Shown in pieces: positions 38,772 through 49,958 of a stretch of DNA of 64,000 nt. Origin of the DNA: Balanoglossus misakiensis (taxonomy: Eukaryota > Animalia > Hemichordata); contig CM082590.2 of the NCBI GenBank assembly GCA_040954595.2, positions 8,060,001-8,124,000 on the forward strand, written 5' to 3'. Under the pieces are notes generated by a model. That model saw only the letters and a program-made list of their open reading frames with translations. It did not search any database and was not told the DNA's origin. Positions within the stretch are counted from its first letter, which is position 1. The number at the start of each line of letters is the position of its first letter. The position numbers and the translations under genes are program-made.

Positions 38772-39130
38772 TGTTATTGTTTACATATGAGAGGACGTCT
38801 CGTGTTAGTCGTAAACAACGAAGGTAGGGGCAGTAATAACTACGAGGTTATATCCATCTACTCTGCGTGTCTTTGTAGATCCTTGGCCGTTATGTCATCA
38901 GAAATCACCAGTGTGTTATCCCACTTGCAGCTGCAAACATTTCTGACAACTTTGCACGGCAACTGGTGACCGCCATCTTTGTTTCCGGTGCCATGGAAAT
39001 AGCGTCTCGCGATACGCGAGATTTCATCAACGAGCTTGTCCTCGGATTCTCGGGGCCAAAGGTCATATCTAGGTCGCGGGCGTGTAGACAAGGTGAAAGT
39101 GTCTGATTTTGGGGAAATACTTGGACACAG
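38772..39130. promoter_or_regulatory. Putative bidirectional promoter between TMEM232 and LYRM7
   Basis: Divergent ATGs 360 bp apart. CpG-containing, with the palindrome tctcgcgatacgcgaga, ttccgg (ETS-like) and cgccat (YY1-like) motifs. Confidence 0.6.
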
Positions 39131-40481
39131 ATGAGATCACAGGTAGATTTTTAAATTCTTCGTGTTGCATGATGATATATCGATTCATGATGATGAAGAT
39201 TTTTGTCTTTTCAATGCTGGTTATTTCCGTAAAACGAATTATACCGACCTGCTTATAATGTTGTATGCTCTAGTATCGCCAGAGTGGGACCCCCCCCCCC
39301 CCATTATAATGATTGGGGGGGGGGGTCTATTATGGTATACAGTTATATTGCAACGTCTTGTATGTTTGATTTCAGGTGCTAGCTTGCTTTCGATCACTTC
39401 ACCGGACAGCACAGAATGTATTTCGAGGTGACCATAAAGCATTGGCAGGTCAGTTGCAGTGAAATTGTTGACGCTTTGACACTGTAGGGAAGGTTTGGTG
39501 TAATGTCACCTTGAAAATCGCACAAGCTTGGGAATATATAACCCTATTGTAACAACAGTGTGATGGGGTCAAAGTTACTTTTGACCCGCATGCATTGTTA
39601 CTGTTGGGTTACATGAATGTATCCCACAACTCAATGTGAATTCAGTTATTTTGCATTTCAGTGCAATAATGATGGTATATGTGAAAATGGATGTTCTGAC
39701 TGATCTTTTGCAGTGTGCAGAGCCAGAATAAATGATGAATTCCGCAAGAATCAACATGAAACTGATGAAAGCAAGATTCAAGAGGTAAAGACAACCATTT
39801 TGTTTATCTGTTCTCTAATTGCAATCTTCTCAGTAAGATAGGAAAAAATCAGCTCGGAAAAAAAAGATAATCTTTGAAAGGCCAAGATTTTATATTAAAT
39901 TAATTATAAATATTGCAACTGCACATTGACCCTTTCATCACCATGGTTTGGTCCAAATCAGTGTTTTTCTATGGTAAAGTTGGACTTCTAAAGAAGTAAT
40001 TGGGGGTGAAAGTGGTAAACAATGTTTTTGTTTTGTTTTCAGTTGTTAAAGTTTGGAGGACAAGTTGAAATAGTGTTGAGGAAAACTGTGGTACAGGCAG
40101 CACTAAATGAGAGAGGGCACTATGGTAAGTTGTCTGATAAAAGGTCGACTGTCATTCACTTTGGACTAGATTTGAATTTTCCATGGTAACAGTGGTTAAA
40201 TTTGCATAGATTTGAATTTTCCATGGTAACAGTGGTTAAATTTGCATAGATTTGAATTTTCCATGGTAACAGTGGTTAAATTTGCATAGATTTGAATTTT
40301 CCATGGTAACAGTGGTTAAATTTGCATAGATGACTGCTGTATACCTTTAAATGTATAAATTCTGTCTTTTGTTTTACCAACAGAATTAAACATCACTAAA
40401 GACACGGCATTGATGGATAACATCACTCCTGCGATGAAGGCAGCCAAGGCAAAGAAAATCAAGAAGGACGTGGACAGGTGA
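39131..40481 (+). CDS. LYRM7: Mitochondrial complex III assembly factor LYRM7/MZM1; exons 39131-39142, 39376-39448, 39714-39784, 40043-40124, 40384-40481 (111 aa)
   Basis: MRSQ|VLACFRSLHRTAQNVFRGDHKALA|VCRARINDEFRKNQHETDESKIQE|LLKFGGQVEIVLRKTVVQA.. matches LYRM7 (LFKTLHRTRQQVFKND..KINEEFK). GT-AG junctions are in frame. Confidence 0.92.
40168..40330. repeat. Perfect 40-bp tandem repeat x4 in LYRM7 intron 4
   Basis: tagatttgaattttccatggtaacagtggttaaatttgca repeated. Confidence 0.95.
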
Positions 40482-41589
40482 TGGTGGTGTGGAAGTCTTC
40501 ACCGAGTGGTGGTGGAAGTGGGGGTTGCTGAAAATGCTGTTTCTGTAGCGTGGAAGAATCGAGAAATGTCTGTTTGATAAAATGAGCTGTCTTGTAACTT
40601 TTTCCATCAGTTGAACTTGCAGTGCTCTTGATTGTTCATCATTTGCATCCATGCGGCATCCATTGATAAAATCACCTCCCTCCCCCTCCACGCATACATT
40701 CTCAGGGGAGGGGGATTCTATAGCATTCTCGGTGTTTTACCAACATCAGAACAATAAGTGACAATACGTGCATTGTCACCAACAGACCTATGGTCGTTTA
40801 GTTTTCATGTAAACACATGTAACAAAACTTTTAAAAGGAGCTGTGTGTTTTTGATATTGTTGTGCATTAAAGGATTATTCAATATTGGTTAAATGAAATT
40901 TACTAGTCTCCTTTGTGTGGTCTGTATAGATCCTGGCCTTTATTATTCACATGATTATGTATCTGTGTCATTGTGTCTGTGGCCCTTGTGTCTCGACCCT
41001 TAAATATGCATGAAAATAGCAATTTTATGATTGTAAATTCAAGAGCATAAAATAAAGAACATGGATTTTTCACACTGTTAAAGCGGGAACACATTTATTA
41101 ACACTTATGACTGTAAAATAGCACGTCTAAAGTGAACAATCCTTTAAACATGTACATGTATATAGCAGAATTTGTCACAGCGCCCTCTGACGTCGACATG
41201 GTGTAACTCGGCCACTCCATGCGCCTACTCAAGTTTTCGAAATGGAATAAAACTTTCTCCTAACATAAAGGTGCCTATGTTGATAGGCGACTGTCGTAAG
41301 AATTATGTGGCCACTAACGGTCACATAATTCTAACTGTTTCTTTAATAAGAAAGACAACATTCCTTAAATTCCCTTTTACAGCATTTGACGGGTTTTGAT
41401 TTTCTTTTGGGTGGACGTCGCCATCTTGTTCTGGTCAGTTGTATTGTGGGTAATAAACGATGCGCGTTAGAGATTGACGCCGAGCGCTGATTGGATAATA
41501 CAACTTCTCTAATGAATTCTGCCTGAAATATTATCCAATGGGGTGATGTGTAGTATATGGCTGTTGGTACGATAAAGTTTCAGACCCAA

Positions 41590-42484
41590 CTAGGAGGAAT
41601 GCGTCTGCAAAATGAGGTAAAGTTGTTCAGCATTTCTAGTGCAAATTTAGCATTTTGTGACCTAGTTAGGAAAAGAATCTCTCACACCAAGGGCCAGGGA
41701 TAAGATTTCTCGTGCTCGTTGGGTATATTTTGTCCCTACCTACCCACCGCTCATATATAACTAACTCCGACTGAAAAAGTCTTGTATCCTGGGATGCTTG
41801 GGCCATGTGACTTGGGGTGCGAAATTCCTAACTTTGCAGGACTGTGTTGGTGTTTTTATCTTCTGACACGGTCCGACTGTCCCTCAAGTATATTCGCTCT
41901 CGTTTTGCGTTTCTGGTAGCTGGTCGTAGGCTAGCTTTGGTACGCAGCTGTACCGTTGGGGGGGGGGGGGGGGGGGAGGTCTGATATCCCCCACGGGTAA
42001 CAGTACCCCACCCAACGGTACAGCTGCATACCACAGCTAGTCGTTATCTGATAATTCTTCAATGACTAATTATATTCTATTTCTTTTGTCTATATATTTT
42101 CGAACCCAACAGTAGACTGAAGATGTTGTCTGAGTCGCAGTGCTTTACACAGAGGGAAATTATTTGCACTGACTGATAGTAAGGTGAGTCAAAATGGTTA
42201 AAACGTAATGGTAATTCAATTTAATTTATAAAGGCATGTGAATAATTCAATAATATCAAGTGTTGTCCCTTTCTATTGGCATTTACTCACTTTAAATCTT
42301 AATATCTATTTCAGACAACTTTTGATACCTGCCTGCATTTGTGGATCTTCATGATCATCTCAACACCATTCTACATCTACTGGCCGGTATTAACTCATCT
42401 TTGCTGCTACTGGAATATCTGAAAGCCTATGGCGAACTGAAGCCCTGCATTACAGCCTTGCGAACCAAGTCCAAGGAAGTAGAG
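41590..42484 (+). pseudogene. Spliced exon-like fragments with no continuous ORF (pseudogene or lncRNA)
   Basis: Donors at 41617, 42183 and 42484 and acceptors at 42112 and 42314, downstream of an ATTGG/CpG promoter-like region. Every spliced frame tried contains stops. Confidence 0.3.
41932..42038. mobile_element. ~105-bp hairpin MITE with a poly-G core
   Basis: Inverted arms agctttggtacgcagctgtaccgttggg / cccaacggtacagctgcataccacagct. Confidence 0.65.
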
Positions 42485-42492
42485 GTAGGAAA

Positions 42493-43060
42493 ACTATTAT
42501 TATAATACGCCTTTTTCATAAAGGGTGCCCTACTGAAACATAGCGAAAACGAGGCTAGTAGACCACAGAGTAAAAACTTTATCGTCTTGTGTATCGAAGC
42601 TCGACAACCACATTTTATTATATTGTGAGGTCAGTTTTGTTGTATCGTACATACAACAAACCCAATGAGCTCGAGCAGTTCTCTGTGGCCAACTGTCCTC
42701 ATTTTCGCTATCATTATACACATGATGACTGACAATGAGGGCAACAGTGTATTTTGATGACCGAGGGTGCTGCTAGTCACAACTAAAACAGTCTTGTCTT
42801 CCCGAGGGCATAGCCCGAGGGAAAACAGACTGGTGTGACTGGCAGTCCTGAGCTCATCAAAAATACACTGTTGCCCGAATATGTCAGCCTTCATGTGTTT
42901 TATAACACACCAAACACGACACACACCACATCCAGGCAACAGTACCGGGCAGAAACCGATCGAACTGATGCCCTAGGGAACAGTTTGAAATGACCAAGGT
43001 CACGTGACGGCGTTTTGACGAATCACGATCGAGGGTTCACTGCATAGTGTGTTATAATAG
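42493..43060. mobile_element. Probable non-autonomous DNA transposon (~570 bp)
   Basis: Terminal actatta(t)tataa / ttataatagt and an internal inverted repeat (aacagtgtattttgatga..ctagtcaca / tgtgactggc..tcatcaaaaatacactgtt). Confidence 0.5.
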
Positions 43061-43179
43061 TCTCTGTGATCTGGACTCTGCTGGGGGTGGAGGTGTATGG
43101 TCATTCCCAGCTCCTCTGCAAGAGAAACCAATATTTGCAGGATTGGGATGGTGGGGGCCTCAATGCTTGCTCGTTTGTA

Positions 43180-43258
43180 CAGTCAGTCAGTCAGTCAGTC
43201 ACTCACTCACTCACTCATTCACTGAATCATTGAAGCAATCAATCAATTGATCACTCAA
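43180..43258. repeat. Compound tetranucleotide microsatellite (cagt/cact/caat)
   Basis: cagtcagtcagt..cactcactcact..caatcaatcaat. Confidence 0.8.
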
Positions 43259-43539
43259 TCTTCTGGTCAAGCTGTTCAGCTTCAGGAAAGAGAATCAGCC
43301 AATTTCCTTTGAGATACAAACTGTAATTTAACAATTAAAGTAAATGGTAGTGTCAAGTCAGTTTATAGATACTTATTTGACCTTGAAAAAAATCCTTCAA
43401 TACACAGAAGCAATTTTTAGATTGACATGTATGGAAAATTACAAGTCCATATTCAGGTCTACCAGCATAGCTCATCTTTTCTGCTAAACACTCATAATGG
43501 GTTGGGTAATGTTCAAAGATTACCACAGGTACATGGACA

Positions 43540-44214
43540 TTACATTCTTGCCGTGAAAAGTTTCTTCACAACCACTGTCGCACCTTTGTATTTATCAGGC
43601 ATATCAGAAAATGGCTTCTGGCCGTTTACTTCGTACGTCTTGTATTCAATCATATCGCCAACTTGTGCGAATCCTGGGATTGTTCGGAAAATGTGTTGAG
43701 TGACCGGACTTGTCAGAACTGAGTAGACCATCTGTGCGCCTTTAGATTTTCCGAGCGTTACGCTTCCTTGTGTTAGTCGTTTCCCGATAGATCTTCCATG
43801 ATATCCGTCTCTCACAACGCCAAGGAAAATTTCTACACACTTGCCACCGGCTGATTTTAATTTCTTCATTTCATGGAGATCTTCCAATCTGGCTTTTAAT
43901 TCATCTTCGATCATAACTGCAGTTTCCGTCAACTCAGGTAAACCAGCTTTCGCAAAATCATCATCGACTTCATTTATATCGGAGACAAGAAAAGCAATAA
44001 GTGCACCAACAACTTTGTTGACCTTGGTATCTATGGCAACAAGTGATATTTCATCCTGAATGGCTCGGTCAACACACACTTCACTGTATGCCCGTTTCAC
44101 CATATCCGCTGGTGGCTTCAAGTAGCTGTATAGGGGCTCATGGTTCAGGAGTATTGTGGTCACCAGTTCAATACAGTCCTGGCGATGTGTCTCCCTCATT
44201 AGAACAAAGTCCAT
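43540..44214 (-). CDS. GNAT N-acyltransferase, insect AANAT-like, copy A (224 aa, ends -ARM)
   Basis: LLNHEPLY, SLVAIDT..VVG, acetyl-CoA motif GVVRDGYHGRSIG, VLTSPVTQHI. Confidence 0.88.
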   Translation of the reverse strand: MDFVLMRETHRQDCIELVTTILLNHEPLYSYLKPPADMVKRAYSEVCVDRAIQDEISLVAIDTKVNKVVGALIAFLVSDINEVDDDFAKAGLPELTETAVMIEDELKARLEDLHEMKKLKSAGGKCVEIFLGVVRDGYHGRSIGKRLTQGSVTLGKSKGAQMVYSVLTSPVTQHIFRTIPGFAQVGDMIEYKTYEVNGQKPFSDMPDKYKGATVVVKKLFTARM

Positions 44215-45439
44215 CGTAGATGATCGTGTTTGAAATACCTATATTCCACATAATAAACATACCAGATGTCATGATAATCATTGTAACTGCATTTAACATG
44301 GTTTGCAGATGATCATGAAATCACAATCAGCCGTAGCCTCATTGTTAGACTAAACTCTATGATTTCTATCACATGGCTTTGGGTGGACTTGAAGTTCGGG
44401 CCAGGACAAGTGTAAATCGGAGCTAATGTCATTTTCCTCTAAAAAAACAATCATTAATAGTGTACAATCTTGTGAAAGGTACTTGGTGTCTGCAGGTACC
44501 TCGTTTACTTTGAACGGCCAATTTCAGTTGACCAATTATTTCTACCACTAAACTCCAGCAAATAACTATAGGGTGGATTTGATTAAAGAGCAAGAACAAG
44601 TCCATCTACAGCCTACACCTGCAAAACAATCATTAATACAATAATAGTGTATAATCTAGTGAAAGCTAGCGAGGTACTAACCTTATTGACGTCACGTATT
44701 CTGAGCTTTGCCTAGAAGTTGCCTACTGGTACCCTGGCCATTCTGTTCATAATTATCATAATAGTTGACAGCATGGCTGTGAATTTCATGACATATGCAA
44801 AACTGGTATGATGGTCACTCATGATAACATAGTTGAATGTCTGTAGCATGTCTATAGACCCAAAACACCCCACACTTTTCAAAATTTCCTTTCTGAGACG
44901 TCTCAAATTTCTGAAACGTTTCTAGCAAATGTATCCTATTTTATGTCGGTTCTTTGCTGTGGATATAAAGCTTTCTATAGTGGTTTTAAATTGTGATGAC
45001 TGTCGCAAGCTTAAGGTGGTTTTTGAGACGTGATGCAAGGTCGTTTTGGGGGCGTACGTGTCTCAAGGTTGTTTGGGGGGCATGTCGTTCCAAATATAAC
45101 TGACTACACCATCTGTGTCATTGTGTTTTAATCGCTGTTTAGTTCGACTTTACTTGAGCATATTTTATTTAAATTTGACATCATAAAGTTATCACAAAAC
45201 ACCAAATAATATAAGACTATAAGTTCTGTTGAATATGTTTGCTTTCAAAGATTCTGTTGATTAATGGTTAGAATGATTACAAAAACAATATCCACTCGAG
45301 TTAACAACCATTATTTTATTTATTCTTGGTGTGTTTTATTTTCAATATTGGCAAAGGATAGGAACACCCTGATTCCTAATTGAGACTATTTAATTAATAT
45401 GTCTTCAGAAATAAGTGTTTTTGAAAACAAATTGCTCAT

Positions 45440-46099
45440 TCACATTTTCTTCATCACATGCAAAGTTGCTCCCCTTTGCTCAGCTGGCATACCTGAAAAA
45501 GGTTTCTCGCCGTTTACTTCGAAGTTACTGTATTCAATCATGTCGCCCAGTTGAACAAATCCTGGCACTGTTTTCGAGATGTGTTGCGTGATGGGACTGG
45601 TCAGTACGGTGTAAATCATCTTGGCGCCTTTACGTTTGCCGAGCTGTATCGTCTCTGCGAGGAGACGTCTTGCGATGCCGCGTCCGTGGTAACCGTCGCC
45701 CACGACGGTGATGTAGCTCTCCATGTACTTATCATTGTTCGAGCGGAGTTGTTTGACCTCGTCCAGGGCGTTGAATCGTGCTTTGAAGTCGTCTTCGAGT
45801 CGGAAGTTAGGCTCTAGGTGCGCAATTATATCTGGTTCGTTGAATTCATCGTCCGCCTCGCTTGGATCAGAGAGGAGAAAATTAATCGTTGTTCCAGCGA
45901 CTTTGTTGGTCTGGGTGTCTATGGCGACGATTGAGACCTCGTCGCGTATGCCGCGGTTGACCGTTATCTCCATGTAGCGTTTTACGACGTGGGCGGGCGG
46001 TTTCAGGTGGCTGAAAATCGGCTCGTGTGTGCCAAACACTCGCGTTGCGAGTTCAATGCACTCTTCGCGATGGGCTTCTTTCATTTGACCAAACTCCAT
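45440..46099 (-). CDS. GNAT N-acyltransferase, AANAT-like, copy B (219 aa)
   Basis: FGTHEPIF, VVGDGYHGRGIARRLL, VLTSPITQHI. 5' UTR exon donor cg|gtaagt at ~46956. Confidence 0.88.
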   Translation of the reverse strand: MEFGQMKEAHREECIELATRVFGTHEPIFSHLKPPAHVVKRYMEITVNRGIRDEVSIVAIDTQTNKVAGTTINFLLSDPSEADDEFNEPDIIAHLEPNFRLEDDFKARFNALDEVKQLRSNNDKYMESYITVVGDGYHGRGIARRLLAETIQLGKRKGAKMIYTVLTSPITQHISKTVPGFVQLGDMIEYSNFEVNGEKPFSGMPAEQRGATLHVMKKM

Positions 46100-46542
46100 T
46101 GTAGATTCTTGTGCTGATTACCGGGGGTACAGCTGCAATTCAAACAAACAAACAAACAAATAAATCTGTCATATCTGGTGATATGTCATTTAACTTCTCA
46201 GCAGTGTGCCGTACATAGCACGCGCCACTGACTCCACAAACTCACTGGTGACTCAAGAAAATTATCAATACTACATGCAAAGGTATAGGGCTGACTCAGA
46301 GAAATTTTAGAAATTTTCAAATTGACTCAAAACTTTTTAAATTATGGTTGTTAGAGGGCACACTGATCAGTGGTGGCGTACTGTGTCATATTGGCTTAGA
46401 GGGCTGACTATAGCCCTCAGTCATTGCAAGCATTACTTTCTGTTCTTCTTGGCCTTTCTTATATAGCCACAACCTTCAGGCAACACATAGCATTATGTCT
46501 GCAGTAGTCACTCAACATAAACCCTTTTGTATGCAGACATAG

Positions 46543-46715
46543 CAGTGTTTTTGTCAAGGGCGGTACCTAGGTAAAATATCTACCGGAGTTCCCCAGTCAT
46601 TTTACCGGGGTTCCCCTGGGTGTATCAATGTAGTTATATTATTAGGGGGTTGTAGAAATGTTACCGGGGTTCCCAAATCCATTACCAATGTTCCCCAACC
46701 TTAGCAAAAACACTG
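46543..46715. mobile_element. CAGTG-terminal MITE with a 5-bp target duplication (catag)
   Basis: TIR cagtgtttttg / caaaaacactg. The paralogous empty site at ~50511 reads agacatagcc. Confidence 0.75.
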
Positions 46716-47269
46716 CATAGCCACACAACATTCTCTCTTGTGTACGTGTGCAGACAGAGTCCAGCTATATAGCTGTGTCAACTGACCTCTATTCCACTCG
46801 GCTTGTTAGTTTAGAGCTATAGGCCACTGCTTGTACTTTGTAGTTCGCAATTGTTCCAGCTAGCACATTTTTTGGCAAATCTTAATTACTGAATACACAG
46901 CGAGAATGATGGAACTCAGCAGAGAAATACTTTGAATATAATACCAGTACTTACCGTGAGCTAGTCTGTACACGTGTCCAGACAGCTAGCAGCGTGACAT
47001 GGGATGACCTTTTCAGACCTTTTAACATTTGACCGTTCAATGTTTTATTGGTGTCATTTATTATCCAGGGACGTGTAGTTTAAGCATTTCAATGTACGTT
47101 TACAGGTGTTATTTATTGACTCATTATATTACAGACAAATTATTATTGACTCCTGCATAGTTATCTGCGAAAGACATTTTACGCGACTTTTAATTTTCAT
47201 GTTTTTTTGGCTCTCACGTCTTTCGCGAAAATTTATTGCTCACGAAAATAACCTGTTTTACAGTAATGA

Positions 47270-47941
47270 TCACATTTTTGATTTTACGAGCTTCTTCATC
47301 AAATGCAAAGTAGCTCCTCTCTGTTCGCTAGGCGTACTAGTTTTCTTGCCATTTTCTATGAAGTCACTGAATCGAATCATGTCGCCCACTTGCACAAATC
47401 CTAATTGAGTTGTTTTTATCATGTGCTGTGTGGCCGGGTTTGACAGAACAGTGTATGCCATCTGTGCCCCTTTAGATCTGCCGAGCTTTAAACTCTTCCA
47501 AGTCATTTGTCGTGTGATGCCTTGTCCGTGATATCCATCGCTCACGACAGCCAGAAATAACTCCATGAATCTCCCGCCTTCCGACTGTACTTTTCTGAAT
47601 TCCTTGATTTGGTACAACCTCGCTTTCAACTCAGTAAAAACACCAAATGTGGGTCTCAATATTTCGTGTGCTAACAACTCTGAGAATTCCTCATCAATCT
47701 CGTTTGTGTTGTGGAGGAGAAAATTGATCGTTGCGCCAACAATTTTGTTTGTCTTGGTATCTATGGCAACGACTGATATTCCATCCCTTATGCCCCTGTT
47801 CACATACAATTCAGCGTAACTTTTGATAACGTCAACAGATGGGTTCAAGGCGGAAGTAATAGGTCCATGCTTTCTCAGTACATCAACAACCAGTCTGACC
47901 AACTCTTCGCGGTGTTTTTCTTGCAATAGACCAAACTCCAT
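47270..47941 (-). CDS. GNAT N-acyltransferase, AANAT-like, copy C (223 aa, ends -SKM, EP->GP)
   Basis: LRKHGPIT, AVVSDGYHGQGIT, VLSNPATQHM. Confidence 0.87.
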   Translation of the reverse strand: MEFGLLQEKHREELVRLVVDVLRKHGPITSALNPSVDVIKSYAELYVNRGIRDGISVVAIDTKTNKIVGATINFLLHNTNEIDEEFSELLAHEILRPTFGVFTELKARLYQIKEFRKVQSEGGRFMELFLAVVSDGYHGQGITRQMTWKSLKLGRSKGAQMAYTVLSNPATQHMIKTTQLGFVQVGDMIRFSDFIENGKKTSTPSEQRGATLHLMKKLVKSKM

Positions 47942-49280
47942 GGTGATTTGCCGATCAATTATCTGCAATTAACAAAATGTCTAATTATGCAAAAGTTGCT
48001 AAATGTATAGTACAGTATACAAATGTATAGGTGTTTGGTGGCTGAACCAGCAGTCTGATATTGTTGTGTCTCGACCCCGGTCAGCAATTATACACACAGT
48101 GTACAAAGATTTGAACTCAGAGTCAGACATTGGACAGTGTGTTAAGTGTTAAACCCTTTTCACCACCATGGTTCAGTCCAAACCCATTGTTTCCTATGGT
48201 AAAGTTGGATCTCTAAAGAGGGAACGGGGGTGGAAGGGTTAAGTATGGAAAGGGTTAAAGAATATGGACATAATTAATCATCAACGGAACGCTTGTTGTA
48301 AACAGTGGTGTATGGTCTATTCATTTTAGAAGGTCATTTGGGGATAGTACTGTACGGTTCACTACACACAGCCTGAAAGCACAGACTGCAGTCAACCATA
48401 TACTCTGTGTTTCATCTAGGCGGGGGGTTTGCGAGATTGACCCCCTGTTGACATGTAAATGGCACCCCCTGGCGATTTGTCAAGGAGGGACCAGTGCCCC
48501 TCAAAGCGATGTCATTAACATGTTGAAGATATTACAGTCTCCCCTTACCAGAGTGGAATCCCCCTCAAATATTCTGGCAAAGGGGGACATATCCCCCCAG
48601 CTAATACCATCCTGAATGAAACACTGCATTCTGGCTGACAAGGTCTCTGAAATACCTACCTCATGAGTAGCTCGATCAATAGGAAATCTTCAAGCTTGAT
48701 TTTCAATATGATGCGATCACATGACCTGATTTCAGGCTCAGTGACGTGTATGAACAAGTGATGGACGCGTATTCAACACAATATGGTCGTGGAGAATTGT
48801 GGGAAATTTAAAATAGAAATCCGGTCACTGGGTTATGAGTGCATGCATCAATGCATAAGGTAGAGTCTGGTATAGCTGGGTCACAGTTATGGTTGTATGA
48901 GTTTGTCTGTCTCTCTGCTTGTTTGCCCCTGTGTGTACGTTATCTCAAGAACGACTCAACTTAATCAGAATGAATGAATATATTTTTATTGAGCTGTATG
49001 ACAATTTGACATACAAAGTACAGTAAAAATAACAGGTAATACAATTGACTATTGAGGTCAGTAACACTCTTAGACTATTCTCATTTCTTGTGTGTGATTG
49101 ACCTGTATGGCCAATTGCACTAATTGGCCTATTATTTGTATCACCATGTGGCTGGCCATAGATTTGAAAGACAAGACCAAAAATTATTCAGTCCATCTAC
49201 CAGTACACCCTTAATACATCTAAGCTAATCGTGTTTTTTTCCCTGCAAAACACAGTCTACAGACCACATTAATTGATTGC

Positions 49281-49958
49281 TCACATTCTTGCCGTGAAAA
49301 GTTTCTTCACAACCACTGTTGCACCCTTGTATTTATCAGGCATACTAGAAAATGGTTTCTGACCGTTTATTTCGTACATCTTGTATTCAATCATGTCGCC
49401 AACTTGTTCGAATCCTGGGATCGTTTTTAAAATGTGCTGTGAGACCGGGCTGGTGAGAACCGCGTAAACCATTAGAGCACCTTTTGATTTTCCCAACTCG
49501 AAAGTTTCTTTTAATAGTCGTCTCATGATACCTCTCCCATGATATCCATCACTTACAACACCAAGGAACATTTCTACAGACTTTCCACCGGTTAATTGCA
49601 GTTTCTTGAATTCATGCAGCTCATTCAATCTTGCTTTTAATTTATCTTCGATCATAACTGCAGCTTCTGTCAACTCAGGTAAACCAGCTTTCGCAAAATC
49701 CTCATCAATCTCGCTTATATCAGAGACAAGAAAATTGATAATCGCACCAGCTATTTTGTTGACTTTAGTATCTATGGCAACAAGTGATATTTCATCACGA
49801 ATGGCTCGGTCAACACACACTTCACTGTATGCGCGTTTCACCATAGCTGTTGGTGGCTTCAAGTAGCTGTATAGGGGCTCATGGTTCAGGAGTATTGTGG
49901 TCACCAGTTCTATACAGTCCTCGCGATGTGTCTCCCGCATTAGGACAAAGTCCATCAT
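49281..49958 (-). CDS. GNAT N-acyltransferase, AANAT-like, copy A' (225 aa, ends -ARM)
   Basis: Close paralog of 43540-44214; GYHGRGIMRRLL. Confidence 0.88.
   Translation of the reverse strand: MMDFVLMRETHREDCIELVTTILLNHEPLYSYLKPPTAMVKRAYSEVCVDRAIRDEISLVAIDTKVNKIAGAIINFLVSDISEIDEDFAKAGLPELTEAAVMIEDKLKARLNELHEFKKLQLTGGKSVEMFLGVVSDGYHGRGIMRRLLKETFELGKSKGALMVYAVLTSPVSQHILKTIPGFEQVGDMIEYKMYEINGQKPFSSMPDKYKGATVVVKKLFTARM

Noticed and set aside
38858-39091. 77-aa minus-strand ORF between TMEM232 and LYRM7
   Set aside because: Non-ATG start, lies in the shared promoter/UTR region, and has no recognisable homology.
40168-40330. Regular 40-bp repeats as a CRISPR array
   Set aside because: Head-to-tail identical units with no spacers, in a eukaryotic intron. 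The same applies to 60365-61000.
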